A stretch of 50,014 nucleotides of DNA. It comes from Candidatus Omnitrophota bacterium (GTDB taxonomy: Bacteria > Omnitrophota > Gorgyraeia > Gygaellales > Profunditerraquicolaceae). Shown in pieces: positions 41,633 through 49,868 of this stretch (positions within the stretch are counted from its first letter, which is position 1; every line of letters starts with the position of its first letter). The translations under genes and the position numbers were made by a program. Under the pieces are notes generated by a model, which worked only from the letters and a program-made list of their open reading frames with translations, made no database searches and had not been told where the DNA came from. The stretch covers positions 1 to 50,014 of the forward strand of contig JAZDLA010000013.1 in NCBI GenBank assembly GCA_043802425.1, read 5' to 3'.

Positions 41633-42935
41633 ATTCTTTACTTTGGGGTGTAAGGTAAATCAATATGATACCCAGGAGTTAAGGGAGCGTTTTATTCGTT
41701 GCGGCTTTCAGGAATTAACAAACGGCAGGAAAGCCGATATTTATGTGATTAATACCTGTACGGTAACATCCAGCGCTGACCGTAAATCCCGCCACCTTAT
41801 CCATGATGCCCGCCGCCACAATCCTAGAGCCAAAATAATTGTTACAGGCTGTTATACCGAGCTGAATGAGAGGGAAATCGCTAAAATTAGCGGCGTAACC
41901 CATATCGTGCGCAGTAAAAACAAAGATAAAATTTTTGATTTATTAAACGGTCATAACGCACAAAATGAATTACCTCTCTACCGGCAGGCAGGAACGAATA
42001 CTAACGCAGGAGGCATAACTAATTTTCATGGCCATACTCGCGTATTCCTGAAGATTCAAGATGGTTGCGATAATTTTTGCGCTTATTGTAAAGTCCCTTT
42101 AGTGCGCGGGGCTTTAAAAAGTAAGCCACTGGATAAAATAAGGGGGGAAACAAGCAGGCTGGTAGAAAGCGGCTTTAAAGAGATAGTGCTCTGCGGTATT
42201 TGCCTGGGCGCTTTCGGTAGAGATTTAAAAAATCGTATAGACTTAGTGGATGCAATTGAGGCCTTAGAGGGCATAGAAGGGCTGATGCGTATTAGATTAA
42301 GCTCTATAGAGGCAAATGATATCTCGGATAGGTTAGTGGCAAAGCTGGCTAAATCTAATTTTGCCTGTCGGCAGAGAGGGAAATTGTGCCGCCATCTACA
42401 TATTCCTCTGCAAAGTGGAGATGACGAAATCCTAGAAAAGATGCACCGTAAGGTTACGCGCCAGGATTACTCGGCACTTATACGCACGATTAAGAATAGT
42501 GTCCCCGGAATAGCCGTTACTACGGATGTGCTAGTAGGTTTTCCCGGAGAGGATGAGGTTAATTTTGAAAATACCTTAAGCATGGTTAAGGAAATTCTGC
42601 CCCTTAGGGTGCATATTTTTCCTTATAGCCCAAGAGAAGGCACGGCTGCCTATAGTCTAAAAAATAGAATAAACCCTATCCAAATAAAAGAGAGGATATT
42701 ACGTTTACAAAATATTGCGCATACCTTAAGCTGCACTTATAAAAGGCAATTTATCGGCCAGGATATGGAGGTGCTCATAGAAGGCCGCTCTAAAGAAAAT
42801 GAGGATTGCTGGGAAGGTTATGCGGATAATTATATTAAAACCTGGGTTAAATCAGAAGAGGATTTAAGAAACCAGCTCATCCGGGTGAAATTAGAAAAAA
42901 TAAGCGGGGATAGCATGGAAGCTGTTTTCTATTGA
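41619..42935 (+). CDS. mtaB: tRNA t6A37 methylthiotransferase (MtaB-type radical SAM)
   Basis: N-terminal UPF0004 domain TLGCKVNQYD...INTCTVT, radical SAM GCDNFCAYC, HIPLQSGDD, and a C-terminal TRAM-like domain. Contains two short segments that match the palindromic repeat family. Confidence 0.8.
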   Translation: MQTVKFFTLGCKVNQYDTQELRERFIRCGFQELTNGRKADIYVINTCTVTSSADRKSRHLIHDARRHNPRAKIIVTGCYTELNEREIAKISGVTHIVRSKNKDKIFDLLNGHNAQNELPLYRQAGTNTNAGGITNFHGHTRVFLKIQDGCDNFCAYCKVPLVRGALKSKPLDKIRGETSRLVESGFKEIVLCGICLGAFGRDLKNRIDLVDAIEALEGIEGLMRIRLSSIEANDISDRLVAKLAKSNFACRQRGKLCRHLHIPLQSGDDEILEKMHRKVTRQDYSALIRTIKNSVPGIAVTTDVLVGFPGEDEVNFENTLSMVKEILPLRVHIFPYSPREGTAAYSLKNRINPIQIKERILRLQNIAHTLSCTYKRQFIGQDMEVLIEGRSKENEDCWEGYADNYIKTWVKSEEDLRNQLIRVKLEKISGDSMEAVFY

Positions 42936-42960
42936 CTAACTCGTCCCGTTGTTTTATAAT
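42932..42960 (+). promoter_or_regulatory. Near-consensus sigma70 promoter for the tail-fibre-like/S26 cassette
   Basis: TTGACT (42932-42937, overlapping the mtaB stop), exactly 17-nt spacer, TATAAT (42955-42960). GAGG SD before the ATG at 42998. Confidence 0.6.
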
Positions 42961-42997
42961 AACATATTATTTCGCTAAGACTTAAAATGAGGTTAGA

Positions 42998-43474
42998 ATG
43001 ATCAGGTGTATGGGGATTCTCCTATTTTTTGTTTTAGTTTTATCCTTCCCTGCCTTCGCCGATGAAGAAACCTTTACCATCACCACCTACTACCCTTCTC
43101 CCTACGGCTCATACAATGAATTAACCACTGCCAGCAATACGTACCTAGCCACCGGCTCAGGCAACGTGGGGATAGGTACGAGCAGCCCCTTTGCAAAGCT
43201 GGAGGTAACAGGAGATGTCAGGCTTACCGGCGTAGCCGCCACCTATAAAATCAAGAATGTTGCTACCCCTACTGCGGATAGTGACGTAGCCACCAAGGCC
43301 TATGTGGATGCGGCTACTGGCAGTGATTCGTTTTGTTACGTCGTATGGTCTGGTGTAGCATTGGGTGGTTCTTGTGCAGCGTATGGAAGTTGTCCGGGTG
43401 GGTATACGAAACTAACGGGAACCTCATACTCTAATGGTGCAAACAGCCTGTGTGACATATGTTGTTACAAATAA
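42998..43474 (+). CDS. Secreted tail-fibre-like protein with conserved ETFTITTYYPSPYGSYNEL N-terminus
   Basis: Signal peptide with an AFA/DEE cleavage site. GNVGIGTSSPFAKLEVTGDV and IKNVATPTADSDVATKAYVD resemble phage tail-fibre/needle motifs. Cys-rich C-terminus (7 Cys). Confidence 0.6.
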   Translation: MIRCMGILLFFVLVLSFPAFADEETFTITTYYPSPYGSYNELTTASNTYLATGSGNVGIGTSSPFAKLEVTGDVRLTGVAATYKIKNVATPTADSDVATKAYVDAATGSDSFCYVVWSGVALGGSCAAYGSCPGGYTKLTGTSYSNGANSLCDICCYK

Positions 43475-43480
43475 GAAAGG

Positions 43481-44110
43481 GTGGTCGATATTAAAATAAC
43501 CGGAATAATCCTATTTCTTCTTGTGACCTTATTTGCTACTGCTTTCTGCGATGACGAGACCTTTACTATCACTACCTATTATCCCTCGCCATACGGAAGC
43601 TATAATGAGCTGCAATTATATCCGCATACCCCGGCTACAACAGCCTGTAATTCTTCCCAGAATGAAGGCATTATGTATTATGATAGCGTTGAGCATGCCA
43701 TGAAAGTTTGCAGTTGCCTGAATAACCCTGCCTGCACCAGCTGGGGATGGGAAGTCTCCGGTACGCCAAGAGGAACTATTGTGATGTGGTCCGGTACCTT
43801 AGCCACAATACCTACAGGGTGGGCTTTATGTAACGGGACAAACGGTACGCCTGACCTCAGGGACAAATTCATTTACGGTACTTCTGCAGCTGAAGAACCC
43901 GGTGCTACCGGAGGGGCTACTACGCACACTCATACAGTAGATATAGCGTCATTTGCAAGCAGCAGCAATTCAAGCAGTACCTCTACGTCACTTGGCGGGT
44001 CTCCGGCTGCTGCAACGCATAGCCACTCAATAGACCCGCCGTCCACAGCGACATCAAGCGATTCTAATTTACCGCCGTATTATAAGCTCGCCTTTATTAT
44101 GAAGCTCTAA
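43481..44110 (+). CDS. Secreted phage-tail-collar-domain protein with the same conserved N-terminus
   Basis: GTG start. Signal peptide ...ATAFC/DDE. IVMWSGTLATIPTGWALCNGTNGTPDLRDKFIYG, HTHT/HSHS and C-terminal LPPYYKLAFIMKL fit the Collar (MdpB-like) domain pattern as I recall it. Confidence 0.7.
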   Translation: MVDIKITGIILFLLVTLFATAFCDDETFTITTYYPSPYGSYNELQLYPHTPATTACNSSQNEGIMYYDSVEHAMKVCSCLNNPACTSWGWEVSGTPRGTIVMWSGTLATIPTGWALCNGTNGTPDLRDKFIYGTSAAEEPGATGGATTHTHTVDIASFASSSNSSSTSTSLGGSPAAATHSHSIDPPSTATSSDSNLPPYYKLAFIMKL

Positions 44111-44129
44111 AGTAATATCCAAAATCAAT

Positions 44130-44684
44130 ATGACAAAACGAAAAATAGTTTTCGTTTTTTTTATTTGGTTAGTTGCTCTTCTTAATCTGGGTTGGGGGTT
44201 TCCGTTTAGAATGCCCAGAGGTCTAGTTTCATCGCCACGTTCAATTAGAATTGGAGAGAGAACTGTGCGGGGTAATTCCCTGCAAGGCCTGATCGAAGAC
44301 GGGCAAAGCGTAAAAATACTCTTTGGTTATTATAACTATTACCCGGTTAATGTAGGGGATGTGGTAATTTATAAGTTTGCAGGTAATAAGGCGCCGATTA
44401 TCAAAATCGTCAAAGCCAAAGAAGGCGACAAATTTCATCTAGAAGAAGCCGAAGGTGGTTGGCATATTCTGGTGAATAATAAAATTGTGCGTAATTCTTG
44501 CAACCAACCTTATCTTCTTGACCAGTCTGCTTACCGCATGCTTTCTTTATATGAGAAAGATTATCAGGGGATAATCCCCCCAAACGCCTACTTGCTTTTA
44601 GGCAATTTAGTCGGTGGTTCAAGCGACAGCACCCGCTTTGGCCTGGTAGACAGAAGCAATATTTTAGGTAAAGTAGAATATTAA
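44130..44684 (+). CDS. S26-family signal peptidase I homologue (small, TraF/SipW-sized)
   Basis: N-terminal TM (IVFVFFIWLVALLNLGW). Catalytic Ser context VRGNSLQGL, catalytic Lys context IIKIVKAKEGDKF, and C-terminal box LLGNLVGGSSDSTRFGLVDRSNILGKV. Confidence 0.75.
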   Translation: MTKRKIVFVFFIWLVALLNLGWGFPFRMPRGLVSSPRSIRIGERTVRGNSLQGLIEDGQSVKILFGYYNYYPVNVGDVVIYKFAGNKAPIIKIVKAKEGDKFHLEEAEGGWHILVNNKIVRNSCNQPYLLDQSAYRMLSLYEKDYQGIIPPNAYLLLGNLVGGSSDSTRFGLVDRSNILGKVEY

Positions 44685-44701
44685 TAAAGAAAGCGCTTTC
44701 C

Positions 44702-44730
44702 TTGACACCCCGATTTTAATATGTTATACT
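44702..44730 (+). promoter_or_regulatory. Sigma70-type promoter candidate upstream of cvpA
   Basis: TTGACA (44702-44707), 17-nt spacer, extended -10 TGTTATACT (44722-44730). AAGGAG SD before the ATG at 44764. Confidence 0.55.
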
Positions 44731-44763
44731 TGAACAGCTTCTGATAAAAAAGGAGTAGTAATT

Positions 44764-45348
44764 ATGTTAGCCAACGTCTTAAAGCAGCTGAACTGGGTGG
44801 ACTTTTTTGCCCTAATTGTTTTATTTCGAATAGGTTACGTTGCAAGAAAAAGCGGTTTCTCTGCGGAATTATTTAAACTCTTAGGTACGCTTCTCTCAAC
44901 GTATCTATCGCTACATTATTATTTGATTTTTTCGGATTATCTTGGTAACCGCATAGGGATACAGGATATGCTTTTGGAGTATTCGACTTCTTTTATTTTT
45001 ATCGCCTTTGCCATATTGGGTTATCTGGTCTTTGTAGTCTTACGTAACATATTTTATCGCTTTTTGAAAATGGAGGCCGTACCTAACCTAGATCAATGGG
45101 GAGGCTTAATTTTAGGCCTGGTTAGGGCAGTCTTGTTAGCGAGCCTGATCATATTCATTATGGTGACTTCGCCCCTGGTTTATCTTAAAGATAGCGTAAC
45201 TAGCTCTTATTCTGGTAAGGCCATATTTAAAGTTGCACCCGCAGTATACAGTGGCCTATGGAAGAGTATCGCCTCTAAGTTTGCTACTCAGGAGAAGTTC
45301 AATAAAGCAATCCTGGAAGTCCCCAAAAGTCTTGAGTCTAGAGAATGA
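44764..45348 (+). CDS. cvpA: CvpA-family membrane protein
   Basis: LNWVDFFALIVLFRIGYVARKSGF is the typical CvpA N-terminus. Four TM helices. 194 aa. Confidence 0.75.
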   Translation: MLANVLKQLNWVDFFALIVLFRIGYVARKSGFSAELFKLLGTLLSTYLSLHYYLIFSDYLGNRIGIQDMLLEYSTSFIFIAFAILGYLVFVVLRNIFYRFLKMEAVPNLDQWGGLILGLVRAVLLASLIIFIMVTSPLVYLKDSVTSSYSGKAIFKVAPAVYSGLWKSIASKFATQEKFNKAILEVPKSLESRE

Positions 45349-46211
45349 AGCTTGCCTCTCTCTATAGTAAAATTATAAAATTAGGAAGAGAGCGCGACCC
45401 GCGTAAGAATGCGCGCATCAATTCTTATGCTGATACTGCCATATTATACGGTAAGCCGGATAGCGAAATAAAAAAGATTATGGTAGGCATAGATATTGAT
45501 GTGGGTGAGTTATTGCTGGCAGATAAGATCCGTCGGGAAGAAGGGTTAGATTTAGTCATGGCGCATCATCCCGAAGGCAAGGCGCACGCGGCATTTTACG
45601 AAGTAATGCAGTTACAGGTGGATATGCTGGTGAGAGTCGGCATAGCCAAGAAGGTGGCGGAAGAGTTAGTTAATGAACGTAAGTATGAAGTAGAAAGAAG
45701 GGTATTACCGGGAAATCATATGCGCGCGGTGGATGCAGCGCGGCTCCTGGATCTGCCATTTATGTGTGCGCATACGCCTGCGGATAATCACGTCTCGCAT
45801 TTTATAGATGTGCTTTTGAAGAAAGAGAACCCCAAAAACATAGGTGACATAACAGAGATCTTAAACACAGTTCCTGAATATAGAGAAGCAAAGAATAATC
45901 TGGCTGGCCCGCGCATTATTTTAGGTAGCCCCAAGCGTCCCGTAGGTAAGATTTTTGTGGAGATGACCGGTGGTACCGAAGGATCAAAAGACGCCTTTGA
46001 TAAGATTTATAAATTAGGCGTCAGGACTTTAATTTGTATGCATATGAGCGAAGAACATTTTAAAAAAGTTAAAAATGTCAATCTGAATGTAGTAATTGCT
46101 GGTCATATCTCTTCAGATAATCTCGGCCTTAATTTACTTTTAGATAGGATTGAGAAAGAAGAAAAGTTAGAAATAATTAATTGTTCGGGATTCCATAGAA
46201 TCAGGCGCTAA
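45345..46211 (+). CDS. NIF3 (DUF34)-like dinuclear-metal-centre protein
   Basis: LDLVMAHHPEG, FMCAHTPADNHV and VIAGHISSDNLG resemble the conserved His/Asp metal-ligand blocks of NIF3-family proteins. The N-terminus is atypical. Confidence 0.55.
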   Translation: MKLASLYSKIIKLGRERDPRKNARINSYADTAILYGKPDSEIKKIMVGIDIDVGELLLADKIRREEGLDLVMAHHPEGKAHAAFYEVMQLQVDMLVRVGIAKKVAEELVNERKYEVERRVLPGNHMRAVDAARLLDLPFMCAHTPADNHVSHFIDVLLKKENPKNIGDITEILNTVPEYREAKNNLAGPRIILGSPKRPVGKIFVEMTGGTEGSKDAFDKIYKLGVRTLICMHMSEEHFKKVKNVNLNVVIAGHISSDNLGLNLLLDRIEKEEKLEIINCSGFHRIRR

Positions 46212-46213
46212 AT

Positions 46214-47989
46214 ATGGTAGTAGGTCGCATACCGGAGAATATATTAGAGGATATTTTAAGCCGGGTGAATATCGTAGAGGTCATCTCGGGTTTTATCCCG
46301 CTTAAGCGTGCAGGCAGGAATTTCCGCGCCCTGTGCCCTTTTCACCAGGAGAAGACCCCTTCTTTTATGATTTCTCCTGACCGGCAGATTTATCATTGTT
46401 TTGGTTGCGGCACCGGAGGCAATGCCTTTAATTTTCTCATGCAGTATGAGCGCCTGGAGTTTCCGGAAGCGGTAGAGGCCCTGGCAAAAAAGGTGGGCGT
46501 AAATTTACCGCAGACTCCGAAAGATGACGGTAAAACAATAAACCTGGCTACACAACTTTATAAAATAAATGAATTCACTGCTTTATTTTATGAAAGTAAT
46601 TTGAATTCGCCAGCCGGGTCATTAGCGAAGAGTTACCTCTTAAAACGCGGCATAAATGAAGCGGCCATAAAATTATTTAAATTAGGCTTTGCGCTCGACA
46701 AATGGGATGGGTTGATCAATCATTTAAGGAGCAAGAATATTAGCCTTTCCTTACTGGAGAAGGCTGGCCTCATTCTGAGTAAAGACAGTGGCGGTTATTA
46801 CGATAGGTTTCGTAACCGGATTATTTTTCCTATTTTTGATATAAAGTCCAGGATACTTGCTTTTGGCGCCAGGATGTTGCCTACTCAGGCTAACAGCGAA
46901 GGGGCTAAATATGTTAATTCACCGGAAACGCCCATATATACTAAAGGCAGGAATCTCTATGGCCTGAATTTAGCCAAAGATGCTATCAGGGAAAATGACT
47001 ATGTGGCGGTAGTAGAGGGTTATTTAGATTTTATTTTACCCTATCAGTCAGGATTGCAGAATATCGTGGCTTCGCAGGGGACGGCACTTACCTTAGAACA
47101 GGCCCGTCTGATCAAGCGTTATACCCATAACGTAGTCATGATTTATGATGCCGATAATGCCGGAGAAATGGCTACTATCAGGACACTGGATATATTTATC
47201 GAAGAAGGAATACATGTGAAAGTCGCATCTTTGCCGCAGGACTTTGATCCGGATTTATTCGTGCGCAAAAATGGCATAGATAGTTTTAAAGAAAAGATCA
47301 AGCAAGCAGAGAGCCTCTTTGATTATAAATTAAGGATTCTTAAATCGCGTTATAGTATAAAAGATATACACGCTAAGGCCTCAGTTTGTGCAGAAATGCT
47401 GCCTACTATCAATAAATTTAAGAACGTTATTTTAAAAACAGAGTATATTAAAAGGCTGGCCCAGGAGCTGGATATAGCCGAAGATGCCTTATTGCAGGAG
47501 CTAAAGAAGATAAAAGAAGATAGGCCCTATCCGGATTTAAGTGTAGAGGGTTCTAAAAGGAAGGCCGTAGATATAAACCCTACGGAAAAACTCCTGATAA
47601 AGCTCATGCTAGAAGAGGAAGCGCTGATTAGTAACATAAGAGAAAGGCTTGATCCGGCTGATTTTCAGGATGAAAGGACTCACCGGATAGTAAAATTAAT
47701 GTTTGAACTTATTGACCAGGGCAAAAATATAGAGCCGAGTAAATTGATCAATCATCTTGCCGACGAGAATATGACGCAGATCATCTCTGAATCTACTTTA
47801 TTGCCAGAGGTATCTTCGGAACATAAAGAGAATATCGTTAATGACTGCGTACAGCGCATAAAAAGCGAGAGATTAAAACTCAAGAAACAGCGTTTGCATG
47901 AACAGATAAAAACTGCCCAAGGCTCAAGAGACGAACAGCAGTTAAACCGGCTTATGCAAGAATTTCATTCTTTAATTAAAGAGAAGTAG
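46214..47989 (+). CDS. dnaG: DNA primase
   Basis: Zinc finger CPFHQEKTPSF...HCFGCG, RNA polymerase core, TOPRIM VVEGYLD...YDADNAG. Followed by rpoD. Confidence 0.95.
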   Translation: MVVGRIPENILEDILSRVNIVEVISGFIPLKRAGRNFRALCPFHQEKTPSFMISPDRQIYHCFGCGTGGNAFNFLMQYERLEFPEAVEALAKKVGVNLPQTPKDDGKTINLATQLYKINEFTALFYESNLNSPAGSLAKSYLLKRGINEAAIKLFKLGFALDKWDGLINHLRSKNISLSLLEKAGLILSKDSGGYYDRFRNRIIFPIFDIKSRILAFGARMLPTQANSEGAKYVNSPETPIYTKGRNLYGLNLAKDAIRENDYVAVVEGYLDFILPYQSGLQNIVASQGTALTLEQARLIKRYTHNVVMIYDADNAGEMATIRTLDIFIEEGIHVKVASLPQDFDPDLFVRKNGIDSFKEKIKQAESLFDYKLRILKSRYSIKDIHAKASVCAEMLPTINKFKNVILKTEYIKRLAQELDIAEDALLQELKKIKEDRPYPDLSVEGSKRKAVDINPTEKLLIKLMLEEEALISNIRERLDPADFQDERTHRIVKLMFELIDQGKNIEPSKLINHLADENMTQIISESTLLPEVSSEHKENIVNDCVQRIKSERLKLKKQRLHEQIKTAQGSRDEQQLNRLMQEFHSLIKEK

Positions 47990-48001
47990 GTTGGAGGGGT
48001 T

Positions 48002-49564
48002 ATGAAAAAGAGAGAATACACTAAAAAAGACGTTGAGAAGATTATTGCTTTAGGTAGGCAAAAAGGCTACCTTACTTATGACGAAATCAATAACCTTCTG
48101 CCGGAGGGCGTCTCTTCTTCTGAAGATATTGACCGTATCCTGGATTTATTGGGGAACGAAGATATCCCGGTAGTGGAGAGCGAAGAAGAAAAAGAAACAG
48201 AGAAGCAGGTGGCGATCCCCAAAGAGGACCTCTTAAGCGAGCAGATTAAGATTGAAGCACGCTTTTTGCCTTTAGACGACCCGGTGAAGATGTATCTTAA
48301 GCAGATGGGTTCCATCTCATTACTATCCCGGGAAAATGAAATAGAATTAGCCAAAAAAATCGAAGCAGCGGAGGATAAGTTTAAAGTAGCGGTGTTAGCT
48401 GCGAAATTTTCGCGTAAGGAAATATTATCCGTAGTAGATGATATCTTGGATGGGAATGTTAATTTAGAAGAGGTGGTCAAAGAAGGAATCAAGGTAAATA
48501 AAAATGATATTTTAAGAAGAACTAAAAAGATTGCCCGGCGCCTAAGGTCTACGCAGAGCAAAAATAAGTCCATCGGGCTTATACTGCAATTCAACTTTAC
48601 TACTTCCGTGATTGAGGTGGTTTTACGCAGGATGATTAATCTGGTGCGGGAGTTAGACCATCTAGAACGCCAGAGGTTAGCGGCAGGACGTTCCATAAGC
48701 AGGAAAAGGCGCAACCAGTTAAATTCCCGTAAGTGTTCTATCTTAAGGCAATTAGGCGAACCCTACCTTATGATCAAAGAGCAGATGAAATTAATTAAGT
48801 CTGCGCATATAAAATTTAACCGCGCTAAAAAACAGCTGGTAGAGGCGAACTTACGGCTCGTGGTGAGTATCGCTAAAAAATATACTAACAGGGGACTATC
48901 TTTTCTGGATTTAATCCAGGAAGGCAATATCGGACTGATGCGGGCAGTGGAGAAATTTGAATACAAAAGAGGTTATAAGTTCTCCACTTACGCTACCTGG
49001 TGGATCAGGCAGGCGATTACCCGATCTATCGCTGACCAGGCGCGCACTATACGTATCCCCGTGCATATGACCGAGACGATCAATAAAATTATTCGGCTTT
49101 CGCGTATCTTTGTCCAGGAGAACGGACGGGAACCCACGCCGGAGGAGATCTCTCAGAAGATGCGCCTGCCCCAGGAGAAGGTTAAGGGGATACTGAAGAT
49201 TGCCCAGGAGCCGATATCTTTACAGATGCCTATCGGAGACGAGGGGGATACGCATTTTGGAGATTTTATCCAGGATAAAAAGGCGGTTTCTCCGGCGAAT
49301 GCCACGGTGCGCACCATGCTCAAAGAAGAGATGGGGTCGGTATTGAGTACACTTACCGAGAAAGAAAAAAAGATACTGGTTCTGCGTTTCGGTATCACTG
49401 ACGGTTGTCCGCGTACCCTAGAAGAGGTAGGCAATGTCTTTAAGGTTACCCGCGAAAGGGTGCGTCAGATTGAGGCAAAGGCCTTAAAGAAGCTGCGTCA
49501 TCCTACGCGTTCCCGCAGACTGCGCAGTTTTCTGGATATGACTCTTCTGCACCAGAGGGAATAA
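48002..49564 (+). CDS. rpoD: RNA polymerase primary sigma factor
   Basis: Regions 1.2, 2 ([37 protein letters not shown]), 3 and 4.2 ([30 protein letters not shown]). Conserved dnaG-rpoD arrangement. Confidence 0.95.
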   Translation: MKKREYTKKDVEKIIALGRQKGYLTYDEINNLLPEGVSSSEDIDRILDLLGNEDIPVVESEEEKETEKQVAIPKEDLLSEQIKIEARFLPLDDPVKMYLKQMGSISLLSRENEIELAKKIEAAEDKFKVAVLAAKFSRKEILSVVDDILDGNVNLEEVVKEGIKVNKNDILRRTKKIARRLRSTQSKNKSIGLILQFNFTTSVIEVVLRRMINLVRELDHLERQRLAAGRSISRKRRNQLNSRKCSILRQLGEPYLMIKEQMKLIKSAHIKFNRAKKQLVEANLRLVVSIAKKYTNRGLSFLDLIQEGNIGLMRAVEKFEYKRGYKFSTYATWWIRQAITRSIADQARTIRIPVHMTETINKIIRLSRIFVQENGREPTPEEISQKMRLPQEKVKGILKIAQEPISLQMPIGDEGDTHFGDFIQDKKAVSPANATVRTMLKEEMGSVLSTLTEKEKKILVLRFGITDGCPRTLEEVGNVFKVTRERVRQIEAKALKKLRHPTRSRRLRSFLDMTLLHQRE

Positions 49565-49599
49565 GGGTTCTCCTTATCTGTTTCTATCCCAATTTTCCC

Positions 49600-49628
49600 T
49601 TGCCAAAAACCCTGTAAAATAGTAATAT
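49600..49628 (+). promoter_or_regulatory. Promoter candidate for the tRNA pair
   Basis: TTGCCA (49600-49605), 17-nt spacer, TAATAT (49623-49628), about 15 nt before the first tRNA. Confidence 0.5.
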
Positions 49629-49643
49629 ATAGTATTACTTTGC

Positions 49644-49715
49644 GGGCCCATAGCTCAGTGGTAGAGCAGGTGACTCATAATCACTTGGTCGGAGGTTCGA
49701 ACCCTTCTGGGCCCA
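49644..49715 (+). tRNA. tRNA with CAT anticodon (elongator Met or Ile2), CCA not encoded
   Basis: Acceptor GGGCCCA/TGGGCCC, D-arm GCTC AGTGGTA GAGC, anticodon arm GGTGA CTCATAA TCACT, T-arm GGAGG TTCGAAC CCTTC. G1:C72 is paired and there is no GGG/CCC anticodon stem, so it is not an initiator. Confidence 0.9.
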
Positions 49716-49740
49716 GTGTATGGATACCTATGTAGGGCGC

Positions 49741-49817
49741 GGGCGCATGGCTCAGCTGGTTAGAGCGCCACACTCACATTGTGGAGATCGAAGGTCCGAA
49801 TCCTTCTGCGCCCACCA
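49741..49817 (+). tRNA. tRNA-Val (anticodon CAC), CCA encoded
   Basis: Acceptor GGGCGCA/TGCGCCC, anticodon arm CCACA CTCACAT TGTGG, T-arm GAAGG TCCGAAT CCTTC, then ACCA. Confidence 0.9.
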
Positions 49818-49868
49818 GATAACCACTAGAGCAAGTCAAGCGATGTTAGCGTCTTTTATTGCGAAAGG

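Noticed and set aside
42998-44110. Prophage remnant suggested by tail-fibre and tail-collar motifs
   Set aside because: No capsid, terminase, portal, baseplate, lysis or integrase genes are nearby. Both proteins carry Sec signal peptides and are small. The flanking genes are housekeeping genes on the same strand. It is better explained as a cellular secreted-protein cassette using phage-like folds.
45194-45206. gcgtaactagctc inside cvpA as another copy of the GTAACTAG repeat family
   Set aside because: Only a 9-nt match is present, there is no flanking heptad periodicity, and the residues (SVTSS) sit in an ordinary part of the protein. It is compatible with chance.
48076-48714. 212-aa ORF on the minus strand, plus about 60 other minus-strand ORFs in the track (for example 3483-3926, 25232-25660, 7175-7609, 20341-20739)
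   Set aside because: Every one lies antisense inside a well-supported + strand gene (here rpoD). They have low-complexity or Ser/Leu/Ile-rich translations, no SD, and no recognisable motifs. These are typical shadow ORFs.
49644-49715. Initiator tRNA-fMet
   Set aside because: Position 1:72 is a normal G:C pair rather than a C:A mismatch. The anticodon stem (GGTGA/TCACT) lacks the three consecutive G:C pairs of initiators. It is called an elongator Met or Ile2 (CAT).
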